64,000 nt of DNA from Lacibacter sp. GTDB taxonomy: Bacteria; Bacteroidota; Bacteroidia; Chitinophagales; Chitinophagaceae. A program made the position numbers and the translations under genes. The stretch lies in contig JBKJNM010000089.1 of NCBI GenBank assembly GCA_046593655.1, forward strand, positions 3,375 through 67,374, given 5' to 3'. This document shows, piece by piece, positions 49,047-58,159 of the stretch (position 1 is the first letter of the stretch; every line of letters begins with the position of its first letter). The notes under the pieces were generated by a model. The model saw only the letters and a list, made by a program, of their open reading frames with translations. It was not told the DNA's origin and did no database searches.

Positions 49047-49598
49047 ATGAAAAAAGTTATTTGTTTACTCTTATGGATGTTGCCGTTTATAGTTTACGCT
49101 GAAGATTCAACAGCAGTTGGGGATAAGCCTTCGCAGAAACTGAAGGGCTATAAAAAATTATTTTACAGGGTCATTACTTTGCATCCCAAACTGAACTCCC
49201 AACTGGAAAAGGATTTGCTCAGGCATTACTTGATAGGGTCCGGATTAACTCACCAACTTTCAGATGGAGATTTTTTACGTTTAAAAAGTTTAGTTTATTT
49301 TAATCCCAATCATTGCAAAGCAATTTATTCGAATCAACAGCGGTATTGTATTCAGCAAGCAGATTTAATTGAGGATGCGTATTTTGGTTGGGCATTCGGC
49401 ACTATCAGTTGTATTTATCAAACAACATCCGGTTTGTTGATTTCTATTGCTGATGTATATGATTTCAACAAAAAGAAAAAAGGGAACCGCAATTTAAAAT
49501 ATGAGATGATCACAAGATTTTTCAACTTGATTGCGCCAAAATCTGCCCGGTCTTTTCTCGTAACATATAATGCGGATGGTTATATTTTGGTTCCTTAG
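49047..49598 (+). CDS. Secreted protein with colicin M-like catalytic motifs (family call tentative)
   Basis: Signal peptide MKKVICLLLWMLPFIVYA; motifs HYLIGSG, FGTIS, DVYDFN-x5-NR-x4-EMITR in the same order as in the colicin M C-terminal domain. ORF is clear; family call is from motif recall. Confidence 0.6.
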   Translation: MKKVICLLLWMLPFIVYAEDSTAVGDKPSQKLKGYKKLFYRVITLHPKLNSQLEKDLLRHYLIGSGLTHQLSDGDFLRLKSLVYFNPNHCKAIYSNQQRYCIQQADLIEDAYFGWAFGTISCIYQTTSGLLISIADVYDFNKKKKGNRNLKYEMITRFFNLIAPKSARSFLVTYNADGYILVP

Positions 49599-50650
49599 TT
49601 GATGATTGCTGAGCCAGGGATTTCAAAAATCAGGTCCTTTCCGTAACAACCTGCCGGTGTTTGGTAACCTGCTTTAAAATTTCCTGAGAGAATTTTTTGG
49701 GTAATGATCAAACAGCCAATGGCGGTTACTGTATAGCCATCAGCGCAAAGCATTTTCCTGATCACTTCTTTCCCTGCAGCGTTGCTTACTTTACCCCATA
49801 TATAGGTTTTTCCTTTTGCTCTTTTTTCATCCGTTGGGCCGGGAGGATTTTGGTTGATCTTTTTTTGAATAGTACCCCGAACAAATTTTGTACGCAATAA
49901 AAAATTAAATAAGAACTGCAACTTGAGCACACGATAAACAGATGGTTTGATGCCTGTGTAGGTTTCAATATTGGGAATGCCTGTTGTAACAAAAGCCGTT
50001 GAAATATCACCCCATGGAATACTCATCACAAATAATTTTTTTCCATCAGCTTCAATCCATTTTCCTTTATGACCCAGTGGTTTTTTTACAAATTGTCCAT
50101 TTTCACGTATCACCCCACCTTCGCCAATTTTGCTTGCCATAGTAGTTGCAGTACCATGACTGATTTGTCCACCAATAGAAACAAATGCCAATTCAAGATG
50201 TGTTGCATCGGGCAATTCATTTTTTAACTGCAGGGCAATACAATCAGTAGGCACCACATCAAAACCTGCACCTGGCAATAACATTACATTCGCCTGTTTT
50301 GCTTTATCATCATATTTTTTGATAAATTCAAAAACAGAAATATCGCCATTGATGTCAATGTAGTGCGTTCCTGTTTCAATACATGCTTCAATCATTTGTT
50401 TGGCTGTATAGCGAAAAGGACCTGCTGCATGAATAACAACTGCAACTGTTGCCAATGATGATTTTAATTGTGAAGCATCATCAAGAGAAATAATTTCATA
50501 AGGAAGATTTAATTCTGTTGCAAGGGCGCTAATCTCTTCTTTATTTCTTCCTGCAAGAACAGGAGAGATGCTATATTCTTTTGCATAGCGGGCAATGAGT
50601 TGGCCGGTATATCCATTTGCTCCATAAAGGAGCACTTTATTTTTTTGCAT
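49595..50650 (-). CDS. Saccharopine dehydrogenase-like NAD(P)-dependent oxidoreductase
   Basis: LYGANGYTG, LAGRN, HAAGPF, HYIDINGD, GFDVVPTD. Confidence 0.88.
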   Translation of the reverse strand: MQKNKVLLYGANGYTGQLIARYAKEYSISPVLAGRNKEEISALATELNLPYEIISLDDASQLKSSLATVAVVIHAAGPFRYTAKQMIEACIETGTHYIDINGDISVFEFIKKYDDKAKQANVMLLPGAGFDVVPTDCIALQLKNELPDATHLELAFVSIGGQISHGTATTMASKIGEGGVIRENGQFVKKPLGHKGKWIEADGKKLFVMSIPWGDISTAFVTTGIPNIETYTGIKPSVYRVLKLQFLFNFLLRTKFVRGTIQKKINQNPPGPTDEKRAKGKTYIWGKVSNAAGKEVIRKMLCADGYTVTAIGCLIITQKILSGNFKAGYQTPAGCYGKDLIFEIPGSAIIN

Positions 50651-50658
50651 GCAAACAA

Positions 50659-51162
50659 TTAAAATTCAATGAGCGAAATAATTTCTTCGAGATAGGTTTG
50701 ATCAGTTGTATCAAACAGATCTGCTGTTTCACTGTCAACGTCCAGTACAGCAAGCACTTTGTTGTTGCGGATAACAGGCACAACAATTTCAGACCGGCTT
50801 AAACTGCTGCAGGCAATATGACCTGGGAATAATTCAACATCAGGAACAATCAATGTTTGTGCTGTTGCCCACGAAGTGCCACAAACACCTCTGCCTTTGC
50901 GTATACGTGTACATGCAACCGGTCCCTGGAAAGGCCCCAGTACCAATTCTTCACCTTTCTCATTAAACGCTTTTGCAGAACTGGGCTTTACTAAATAAAA
51001 GCCCACCCATAACCAGCCGAACTGTTCTTTCAATGCAGCGCATATATTCGCAAGATTGGCTACAAGATCAGTCTCACCTTCGAGCAATCCTTTGATTTGG
51101 GGAAGAAGTTGTTTGTACTGTTCTTCTTTTGTTCCCTGTGCTATTAATAAATCTTCTGACAT
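50659..51162 (-). CDS. msrC: GAF-domain free methionine-R-sulfoxide reductase
   Basis: WVGFY, LGPFQGPVACTRI..GRGVCG, GHIACS..SRSEIVVP, LDVDS. Confidence 0.88.
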   Translation of the reverse strand: MSEDLLIAQGTKEEQYKQLLPQIKGLLEGETDLVANLANICAALKEQFGWLWVGFYLVKPSSAKAFNEKGEELVLGPFQGPVACTRIRKGRGVCGTSWATAQTLIVPDVELFPGHIACSSLSRSEIVVPVIRNNKVLAVLDVDSETADLFDTTDQTYLEEIISLIEF

Positions 51163-51228
51163 CTGAATTTATTTAATTAAAGTTAAAAGAAAAGAGCAGA
51201 TTTATAAGTGAGACTGTTTTCACTTCAT

Positions 51229-53049
51229 TTATTTGGTTAACAATAGTTGTATCGTTTTTGTAAACTCTTTCGTTCTTAAGGTTACATAATAAACACCTGC
51301 AGGAAGTTTCGATCCATCAAATGTAAGCAGTTGTTTGCCGGTAAAACGATTGCCATTTACAAGCTCCATCAACTCCCGTCCGTTGATATCATATACTTTC
51401 AACGATACATACATCGGTTTCAGCAATTCAAAACTGATCTGTGTATGGCTGCTGAACGGATTGGGATAATTCTTCAGGTTCAATACCCTTAACTCAGGCG
51501 AAAGAATGGAGGTGGTTACAACGGTTGCTAATGCAGTATTGGTAACTGTACTTTCATTATGAAAACGATCCAATGCCGTTACAACATAATAATAAGTTCC
51601 GGGGCTGAGGTTTGCATCTGTATATGTTGCACTCACATCATTTGGTGTAATGAATTGTATGGCGTTTACATCGGTAAGATCAATAACAGATGAATTGAAA
51701 CGGTAAACAACAAACTGTCTTGCTTTATCTAATTCATTTGCAGTGGATGGTGGTTTGGCCCAGCTTAATTCAACTGTATTGCCAATGACATTGGCAATAA
51801 GATTTGTTGCAGGTTGGGGCGGGGTATTATCTCTCCAGCTCATGGTTGGCAATAAAGCAGGTTTATAATACATCCATACACGCAGCGAATCACGAACGTT
51901 TAACGGATTGCTTATAAGATTACCTGTGCGAAAGAAGCAGCTTCCCAAAATATTTATGTGTTGACGATTCAACCGGATCTGGTTATTGATCTGGGAAGGG
52001 TTGTTCCAGTTTGCATCCGGATCATTAGCCACTTTATACACTGCATGACCCGTATAAATATGTCTTCCAAAAGCATTGTTATTCCACCATGGAGCTAATA
52101 CGCCATAGTTAGCCGCAGCAAAACCTATACTCCAGTAAATCTGTGGCATTAAATAATCAACCCAACTGTTCTGCATCCATTTGCGGCTGTCGGCAAACAA
52201 ATCGCTGTAGCTTTGTAAACCATTTGAAAGAGAACCAAGTGGGTCACTGCTTTGATTGCGCCAGATACCAAATGGTGAAATACCAAACTTCACCCAGGGC
52301 TTTACCGTTATGATGCTATCGTAAGTACGTTGGATCAGCAGGTTCACATTGTCTCTCCGCCAGTCGTTTTGATTGGTGAAACCACGGGGATAGAGTGCAA
52401 AAGTTGCATCATCATTGAATCGTGGCGGGGTGGGGCTACCACCCTGCGATGCATAGGGATAAAAGTAATCGTCAAAATGAATTCCATCCACATTATATCT
52501 TCTCAGTACATCCATTACCACACTGATTACATAATCCCTCACAGCAGGAATTCCCGGATCTAACAAGCGGTAAATTCCCTGTGCCAACAGCCACTCAGGT
52601 TTTGTTTTTGCAATATGGTTTGCTGCAAAGTTGTTGATATTATTAAAATTGTTAACGGCTCTGTAAGGATTGAACCATGCATGAAATTCAATTCCTCTTA
52701 TTCTGCATTCATCAATCATAAATTGCAAAGGATCATAATACGGAGATGGGGGAGTTCCCTGTGTACCTGTAAGACTTGCACCCCATGGCTCCAATGTGCT
52801 TGGATACATGGCATCGCATTCACTGCGTAACTGAACAAACACAGCATTGATACCGGTTTGTTTATGCGTATTTAATAAATTGATGAAAGCTGTTCGCTCC
52901 TGGTCGGGTGTTTGGGAGGCATTGGTTGGCCAGTCAAGATTGAGATAGGTTGCTATCCAGGCAGCACGGAGTTCACGCTTGGGTGGAGTTTGCGTAAGAG
53001 AGCTGAAGCCGGTACATAAAATAAAAAAAGTGAATAAACAACGAAGCAT
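51229..53049 (-). CDS. GHL10/DUF187 (YddW/DigH-like) glycoside hydrolase + FN3 + T9SS type A C-terminal domain
   Basis: ELRAAWIAT, EFHAWFNPYR, DGIHFDDYFYPY, DYLMPQIYW; CTD NYPNPF...VYDING...LPAGVYYV. Confidence 0.87.
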   Translation of the reverse strand: MLRCLFTFFILCTGFSSLTQTPPKRELRAAWIATYLNLDWPTNASQTPDQERTAFINLLNTHKQTGINAVFVQLRSECDAMYPSTLEPWGASLTGTQGTPPSPYYDPLQFMIDECRIRGIEFHAWFNPYRAVNNFNNINNFAANHIAKTKPEWLLAQGIYRLLDPGIPAVRDYVISVVMDVLRRYNVDGIHFDDYFYPYASQGGSPTPPRFNDDATFALYPRGFTNQNDWRRDNVNLLIQRTYDSIITVKPWVKFGISPFGIWRNQSSDPLGSLSNGLQSYSDLFADSRKWMQNSWVDYLMPQIYWSIGFAAANYGVLAPWWNNNAFGRHIYTGHAVYKVANDPDANWNNPSQINNQIRLNRQHINILGSCFFRTGNLISNPLNVRDSLRVWMYYKPALLPTMSWRDNTPPQPATNLIANVIGNTVELSWAKPPSTANELDKARQFVVYRFNSSVIDLTDVNAIQFITPNDVSATYTDANLSPGTYYYVVTALDRFHNESTVTNTALATVVTTSILSPELRVLNLKNYPNPFSSHTQISFELLKPMYVSLKVYDINGRELMELVNGNRFTGKQLLTFDGSKLPAGVYYVTLRTKEFTKTIQLLLTK

Positions 53050-53115
53050 AAACAGGTTTTAGAACTCAAATTAAGAAGATTCCATTGCTTATAATTATCA
53101 ATGGTAAAAAAACAG

Positions 53116-53964
53116 TTACAAGTGCTTCTTAAAAAAATCCATTGTGCGTTGCCATGCAAGCATTGCAGCAGCTTCATTATAACGGTTGCCTGCAGTATCG
53201 TTATGAAATGCATGGTTTACTCCTTCATACATGTGCAGTTCATAATTGATCTTATTTTCTTTTAATGCTTTTTCATAAGCTGCAATTCCTGCATTAATGC
53301 GTTCATCTAATGAAGCATAGTGCAATTGTAAGGATGCTTTTATTTTTGGTACATCCGCTGCGGCTGCCTGCCGGCCATAAAACGCCACCGCTGCTTTTAA
53401 TTCAGGAACATTTACTGCCAATGTATTGCTCATGCCACCGCCCCAGCAAAAACCAACACTGCCGAATTTTCCATTGCTGTCTTTTCTTGTTTTGAGATAG
53501 GAAAATATGTTGATGAAGTTTTTAACCGTTTCCTCCGCATTGAGTTTGGTAAACAATGTTCTTGCTTCATCTTCATTAGCAGGGGTGCCGCCTAAAGGAG
53601 CTAATGCATTTGGGGCGATCGCCAAAAATCCGGCATTGGCTGCACGGCGGGTTACATCTTCAATATGTGCATTCAATCCGCGGTTTTCATGAATCACTAC
53701 AACCGTACCATACTTCGCTTCTTTTTCAGGACGGGCCACATATGCTTTCATTTCTCCGGTAATAGCCGGATAAGTAATATACTCAGTAAACAAATCTTCA
53801 CTTGAAACAGTAGCCGCTTTTGCATAATTACTTTCCAGCATAGGGAGTATAGCCAATGCCGCTGCCGTGCTTCCTGTAAGAATGGCTAAACGTTTTAAAA
53901 AGTCTTGTCTTGAAAGTGGTTTGTGGGTGTACTCGTCGTAGAGGTTAATGATTTTTTGATCCAT
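53116..53964 (-). CDS. Dienelactone hydrolase family protein (YghX-like, Tat-like leader)
   Basis: SRQDFLKRL leader, IHENRGL, GFCWGG nucleophile elbow, HAFHND. Confidence 0.92.
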   Translation of the reverse strand: MDQKIINLYDEYTHKPLSRQDFLKRLAILTGSTAAALAILPMLESNYAKAATVSSEDLFTEYITYPAITGEMKAYVARPEKEAKYGTVVVIHENRGLNAHIEDVTRRAANAGFLAIAPNALAPLGGTPANEDEARTLFTKLNAEETVKNFINIFSYLKTRKDSNGKFGSVGFCWGGGMSNTLAVNVPELKAAVAFYGRQAAAADVPKIKASLQLHYASLDERINAGIAAYEKALKENKINYELHMYEGVNHAFHNDTAGNRYNEAAAMLAWQRTMDFFKKHL

Positions 53965-54169
53965 CTCATGTAATTTTTAGATGTATAAGTTACAATCATT
54001 TAACAGTGCTTGTTGTGCCGTTCATAAAAACAGGTGGCTGATATGCTGGAAGAAAGTCGCAATTGACCATTTGAAATGTCGGAATGGCACAGGATGAAAA
54101 TGAAGTTGCAGAAGTAGTTTTACATTCTAAGATCAAATAAGTAATTTTCAACATCAATCATCAATCAAT

Positions 54170-54547
54170 ATGAAACCAAAAACAATCAACACACTGTACT
54201 GGGTATTCACCATTTTATTTGCTGCACTAATGATTTTTTCATCCGTTGGCGGTATTGGTCCTAATGAACAAACAATTGAGTTGTTCAATAAATTCTTAGG
54301 TTATCCCATTTATTTTATTCAATTCATCAGTTGGGCAAAAATTCTTGGTGTGATTGTACTTTTTATACCCGGCTATCCAACAATCAAAGAGTGGGCCTAC
54401 GCCGGTTTGTTTTTCGATTTAACAGCAGCCGTTTACTCGGGTATTGCTGCAGCCGGAAAATTTGATCCCATGATACTCACCATGTTAATGTGGATTGTAC
54501 CCGGTGTACTTTCTTATTATTTCTGGAAGAAGAAAATGGCGCTATAA
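54170..54547 (+). CDS. DoxX-like membrane protein
   Basis: Four TM segments; LGYPIYF, AKILG, KEWAYAGLFF. Confidence 0.85.
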   Translation: MKPKTINTLYWVFTILFAALMIFSSVGGIGPNEQTIELFNKFLGYPIYFIQFISWAKILGVIVLFIPGYPTIKEWAYAGLFFDLTAAVYSGIAAAGKFDPMILTMLMWIVPGVLSYYFWKKKMAL

Positions 54548-54561
54548 AATAACTGATTATA

Positions 54562-54590
54562 AAAAGCTCCTTGTAAAACAGGAGTTTTTT
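54562..54590 (+). terminator. Intrinsic terminator
   Basis: AAAAGCTCC-TTGTAAAACA-GGAGTTTTTT. Confidence 0.7.
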
Positions 54591-54661
54591 ATTGGCGGTA
54601 TTTCATTTTCGGGACTAAAAAAGTAAGTACATTCATTTCTCTTAAACTAAAATCTATTAGT

Positions 54662-55984
54662 ATGCGTATTCTTACTTTCTGTTTAATCTTTCTCTTCTCT
54701 CTTTCATTAAACGCTCAGAAAAAAGCATTGGTGGGTGGTACATTGATTGATGGCTTTGGCGGAGAACCCCTCAAAAATTCAGTGATCATTATTGAAGGAG
54801 ATAAGATCATCCGGGTGGGGCAGGTGGGTACTGTTGAAATTCCGAAAGATGCAGAAGTGATCTCAACAGAAGGAATGAGCGTGTTGCCCGGTCTTTGGGA
54901 TATGCATGTACACCTGATGATCAACGGACATTCTGATTATGCCTATTGGGATAAAAAATATCCAGCATTATTCCGTTCGGTGATTATGCCCGCTGGCGCT
55001 AAACAATTATTGATGGCAGGTGTTACCAGCGCAAGAGATCTGGGTGCTCCCTTAGAAGATATTGTTGCAGTAAGAGATATGATCAACCAGGGAAAATTAC
55101 CAGGACCAACTTTATATGTAAGCGGACCATTTTTACAACATGCACCTTACCCCGGCACAGAACAATTTCGCTGGGGTATTAATGGAGTTGCTGATGCAAG
55201 AGCAAAAGTGCAACGATTAGCAAAGGGTGGTGTTGATTGTATTAAGTTGATTGACCAGGATCAGATGACACAAGAAGAGATCAATGCCATTGTTGATGAA
55301 GCACATAAATGGAAATTAAAAGTGGTGGCGCATGCACATCGTCCGGAAGAAATCAGGAGGGCATTGATTGCCGGTGCTGATTGTTTTGAACATACAGGCC
55401 TGGCAACTGCTCCGGAATATCCGGAAGATGTGATGATGATGATCAAAGAACGCACAGCCAACTCCAACACAAGATTATTCTGGTGCCCCACTGTTGAAGG
55501 ATTGTTTAATAATGATTACAACATCCGCAATACAGAGCATCTGGATGACCCATCCTGGCAGGTAGGGTTGCCGGATAGTATTATAAATGATATCCGTCAT
55601 TCGTTGATGTACCCATCACAGCTTTCTTATTTCCAGGTTACCCCTTACCGTAAGCCTACATTGAAACGGAAGTTTGCACAGTTGAAAGAGAGTGGTGTCA
55701 TTATGTTGATTGGAACAGACTCAGGGATACCTATGAAATTTCACAGCCAGAGTACATGGAATGAATTAGACATCTGGGTAAGAGAAATGGGTGTTGATCC
55801 GATGCTGGCTATCCGTTCTGCAACCTACTGGCCGGCGGTGTTCCAGGGAGTGGAGAATAAAGTAGGAACCATCAGTGAAGGAAAAGTAGCAGATATTATT
55901 GCCGTGAAAGGTGATGTGTTGCGTTACATTAATTTATTGCAAAAAGTTGATATGGTGATCAAGGGCGGCAAGAGGGTGAAATAA
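54662..55984 (+). CDS. Secreted amidohydrolase family protein
   Basis: Signal peptide; LPGLWDMHVH, IKL, VAHAH, FEH, GTDSG, GKVADIIAV. Confidence 0.9.
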   Translation: MRILTFCLIFLFSLSLNAQKKALVGGTLIDGFGGEPLKNSVIIIEGDKIIRVGQVGTVEIPKDAEVISTEGMSVLPGLWDMHVHLMINGHSDYAYWDKKYPALFRSVIMPAGAKQLLMAGVTSARDLGAPLEDIVAVRDMINQGKLPGPTLYVSGPFLQHAPYPGTEQFRWGINGVADARAKVQRLAKGGVDCIKLIDQDQMTQEEINAIVDEAHKWKLKVVAHAHRPEEIRRALIAGADCFEHTGLATAPEYPEDVMMMIKERTANSNTRLFWCPTVEGLFNNDYNIRNTEHLDDPSWQVGLPDSIINDIRHSLMYPSQLSYFQVTPYRKPTLKRKFAQLKESGVIMLIGTDSGIPMKFHSQSTWNELDIWVREMGVDPMLAIRSATYWPAVFQGVENKVGTISEGKVADIIAVKGDVLRYINLLQKVDMVIKGGKRVK

Positions 55985-55999
55985 AAATATTTTTTATAG

Positions 56000-58003
56000 C
56001 TAACGTATTAATAACAAAGTCCCTTTGCGTGCACTGTTCTTACCAGTTCTTTTATCTGTAAAAGATAATACCCATGTGTACATTCCTGCAGGTTGTGCAT
56101 TGCCGTTAGTTGTTCCATCCCATTTACTGTTGGTACCTGATGTTTGAAATACAGCCTGTCCATAACGATTGTACACCATCAACTGTAATTGAAGAGCTGA
56201 ATTAGTTTTCAGCGGTTCAAAAAAATCATTCAATCCATCTTTGTTGGGTGTAAATGCAGTTGGCACTGAAATGCTGCAGGATGATTCTGCTATCAAAGCA
56301 TGCGTTTTTGTAATTGTACAGCTTCCATCCTTTGCTGTAAGTGTAACCTGGTACTGTTTGTCAATATCACTGATTGGATAAAATTGAGCAGGTGGGTTTT
56401 GTATGCTGCTGGTAGTTCCGTTTCCGAAATTCCATAGCCAGCTTCCGGTGTTCGTGCTGTTGTTAATGAATACAACAGGGTCATTAGGGCAAACTTTGTT
56501 AGGAGCAGCAAAATCAATTTTTAATTTTTGTTTCAGTACAAAACTTTGTTTCGACGTATCGCTGCATACGCCGTTGCTCACAATCAATTCTGCCCAATGA
56601 GGCCCACCGGTTGCAATGGTTGCAGATAGTTGTTGCCGGTTGCTGATGCTGCTGTCAATGGTCCAGAACCAACGGTTAATTTCATTTCCTCCGGGGTGAA
56701 TAAAGTTTATCGTGTCGGTAATACATCCTTCCAATATAGAAACCCGAAATGCGGCGTTCACAGTATCTTTTATGTTGAAATTGAAGCTTGTGTTTGCAGG
56801 TGTTGAACCATTACATGCATCAATGAAGGTATTTCCATCGCTGCCATTTTTAATTGTTAGTGTATAGTTACCGGCAACTGTCAGTGGCTGTTGTAAAACT
56901 AATTCTATGTTATCAGTCATCGTATTGCTGCAATTAACCGTTGCAGCAGTAATGATTGCACTGCCGGGTCCTGTAATTAGAAAATCACTTCCATTCGCAG
57001 CTATTGAATTACAAATAATATTTTTGGATGTTTTAATTTTTAGTTTGGATGTTTGACAACCGGAGGGAACAATCGTATCTATCACTGCAAATGCAAAAAC
57101 ACTGAAAGGAATTTGGGTGTTGCCTGATACAACATTATCACATTTATCCACTAACGTGTTGCCATCAGTTCCATTTTTTACTGACAAAATATAAGAACCA
57201 TCGGGCAACGGATTTGCAAATGTGATGATAATTGAATCTGTTTCTAAACTACTATTACATTGACTGCCCGTGGCTTTGATAATGTTGCCAAGGGCCGGAG
57301 TTAAACTAAAATCTGAACCATCAGCAGCAATGCTGTTACACCTGATTTTTTTATTGAAACTGAGCGTTACCTGTTTGTTATCGCAGGAAGAAGCATTGCT
57401 ATAAATTTGCTGGTTGGCATCACTTGTAATATCAGCAGTTCCTCCATTAATTGAAAGACTAAAGCCGGTTGATCTGTCATCTATATTTCCAACCATTAAA
57501 AGATATTCATGGCCCGTTTGTAATTGAGGCATGGAACTGAAGGTTGGTTTTACACCATCCTGTGGAAGCGAACGGCACTGAATAAAATTAGCACCGTCAG
57601 ATGCAGCACCTGTACTTCCTGTAGTCCCTGACCAATTGCCTGTAACTACTAAAGTTTTATCAGTAAAAATTTCATTGGGATTACGACCGGTTATATCAAA
57701 CAACATCCAATCATAATTGTCATTTAAATTAACGGGTATAATAGTGAACGCAAAACTTCCTGCAGTGCGGCAAGTGATTTTATAATATACAGGATTGTTA
57801 TCGCCATAATTGGTGTTTTGATTCGTGCACCCGGGTACAAATAAACTGTTGTTCCTGCATGCAGGGAGTGTAGATTGAAAAAAACTGCCGTTGGAACAAA
57901 TGGCAAACGCTGTTGCCGGTGTTTGTCCGGGGAATGTGCATACCTGTGCCGGCAGTTTGGTAACTGCCAATAACAACAGGCAGATAAATACTTGTTTGCA
58001 CAT
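56000..58003 (-). CDS. T9SS type B (gliding-motility-associated CTD) surface protein with duplicated Ig-like module and PKD domain
   Basis: CTD VPTAFTPNKDGLNDFF...VYNRYG...WDGT...KGTLLLIR; PKD F.NNS...WLWNFGNG; two CNSIAA.GSDF / NG.DGNT repeats. Confidence 0.87.
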   Translation of the reverse strand: MCKQVFICLLLLAVTKLPAQVCTFPGQTPATAFAICSNGSFFQSTLPACRNNSLFVPGCTNQNTNYGDNNPVYYKITCRTAGSFAFTIIPVNLNDNYDWMLFDITGRNPNEIFTDKTLVVTGNWSGTTGSTGAASDGANFIQCRSLPQDGVKPTFSSMPQLQTGHEYLLMVGNIDDRSTGFSLSINGGTADITSDANQQIYSNASSCDNKQVTLSFNKKIRCNSIAADGSDFSLTPALGNIIKATGSQCNSSLETDSIIITFANPLPDGSYILSVKNGTDGNTLVDKCDNVVSGNTQIPFSVFAFAVIDTIVPSGCQTSKLKIKTSKNIICNSIAANGSDFLITGPGSAIITAATVNCSNTMTDNIELVLQQPLTVAGNYTLTIKNGSDGNTFIDACNGSTPANTSFNFNIKDTVNAAFRVSILEGCITDTINFIHPGGNEINRWFWTIDSSISNRQQLSATIATGGPHWAELIVSNGVCSDTSKQSFVLKQKLKIDFAAPNKVCPNDPVVFINNSTNTGSWLWNFGNGTTSSIQNPPAQFYPISDIDKQYQVTLTAKDGSCTITKTHALIAESSCSISVPTAFTPNKDGLNDFFEPLKTNSALQLQLMVYNRYGQAVFQTSGTNSKWDGTTNGNAQPAGMYTWVLSFTDKRTGKNSARKGTLLLIR

Positions 58004-58102
58004 CGTTGCCTCAAATGTAATTAATTTGTTTGGGTGATGGAGACGTCCATTTTCAAGCCAACTTTACTGAATAAAGTTTATTGACTGATGCACCGCATCA
58101 TC

Positions 58103-58134
58103 AAAAAAGTCCCGCATCAAATGCAGGATTTTTT
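58103..58134. terminator. Terminator downstream of gcvP
   Basis: AAAAAAGTCCCGCAT-CAA-ATGCAGGATTTTTT. Confidence 0.75.
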
Positions 58135-58159
58135 GCTTTTTATTTTGTATCAATTGTTG

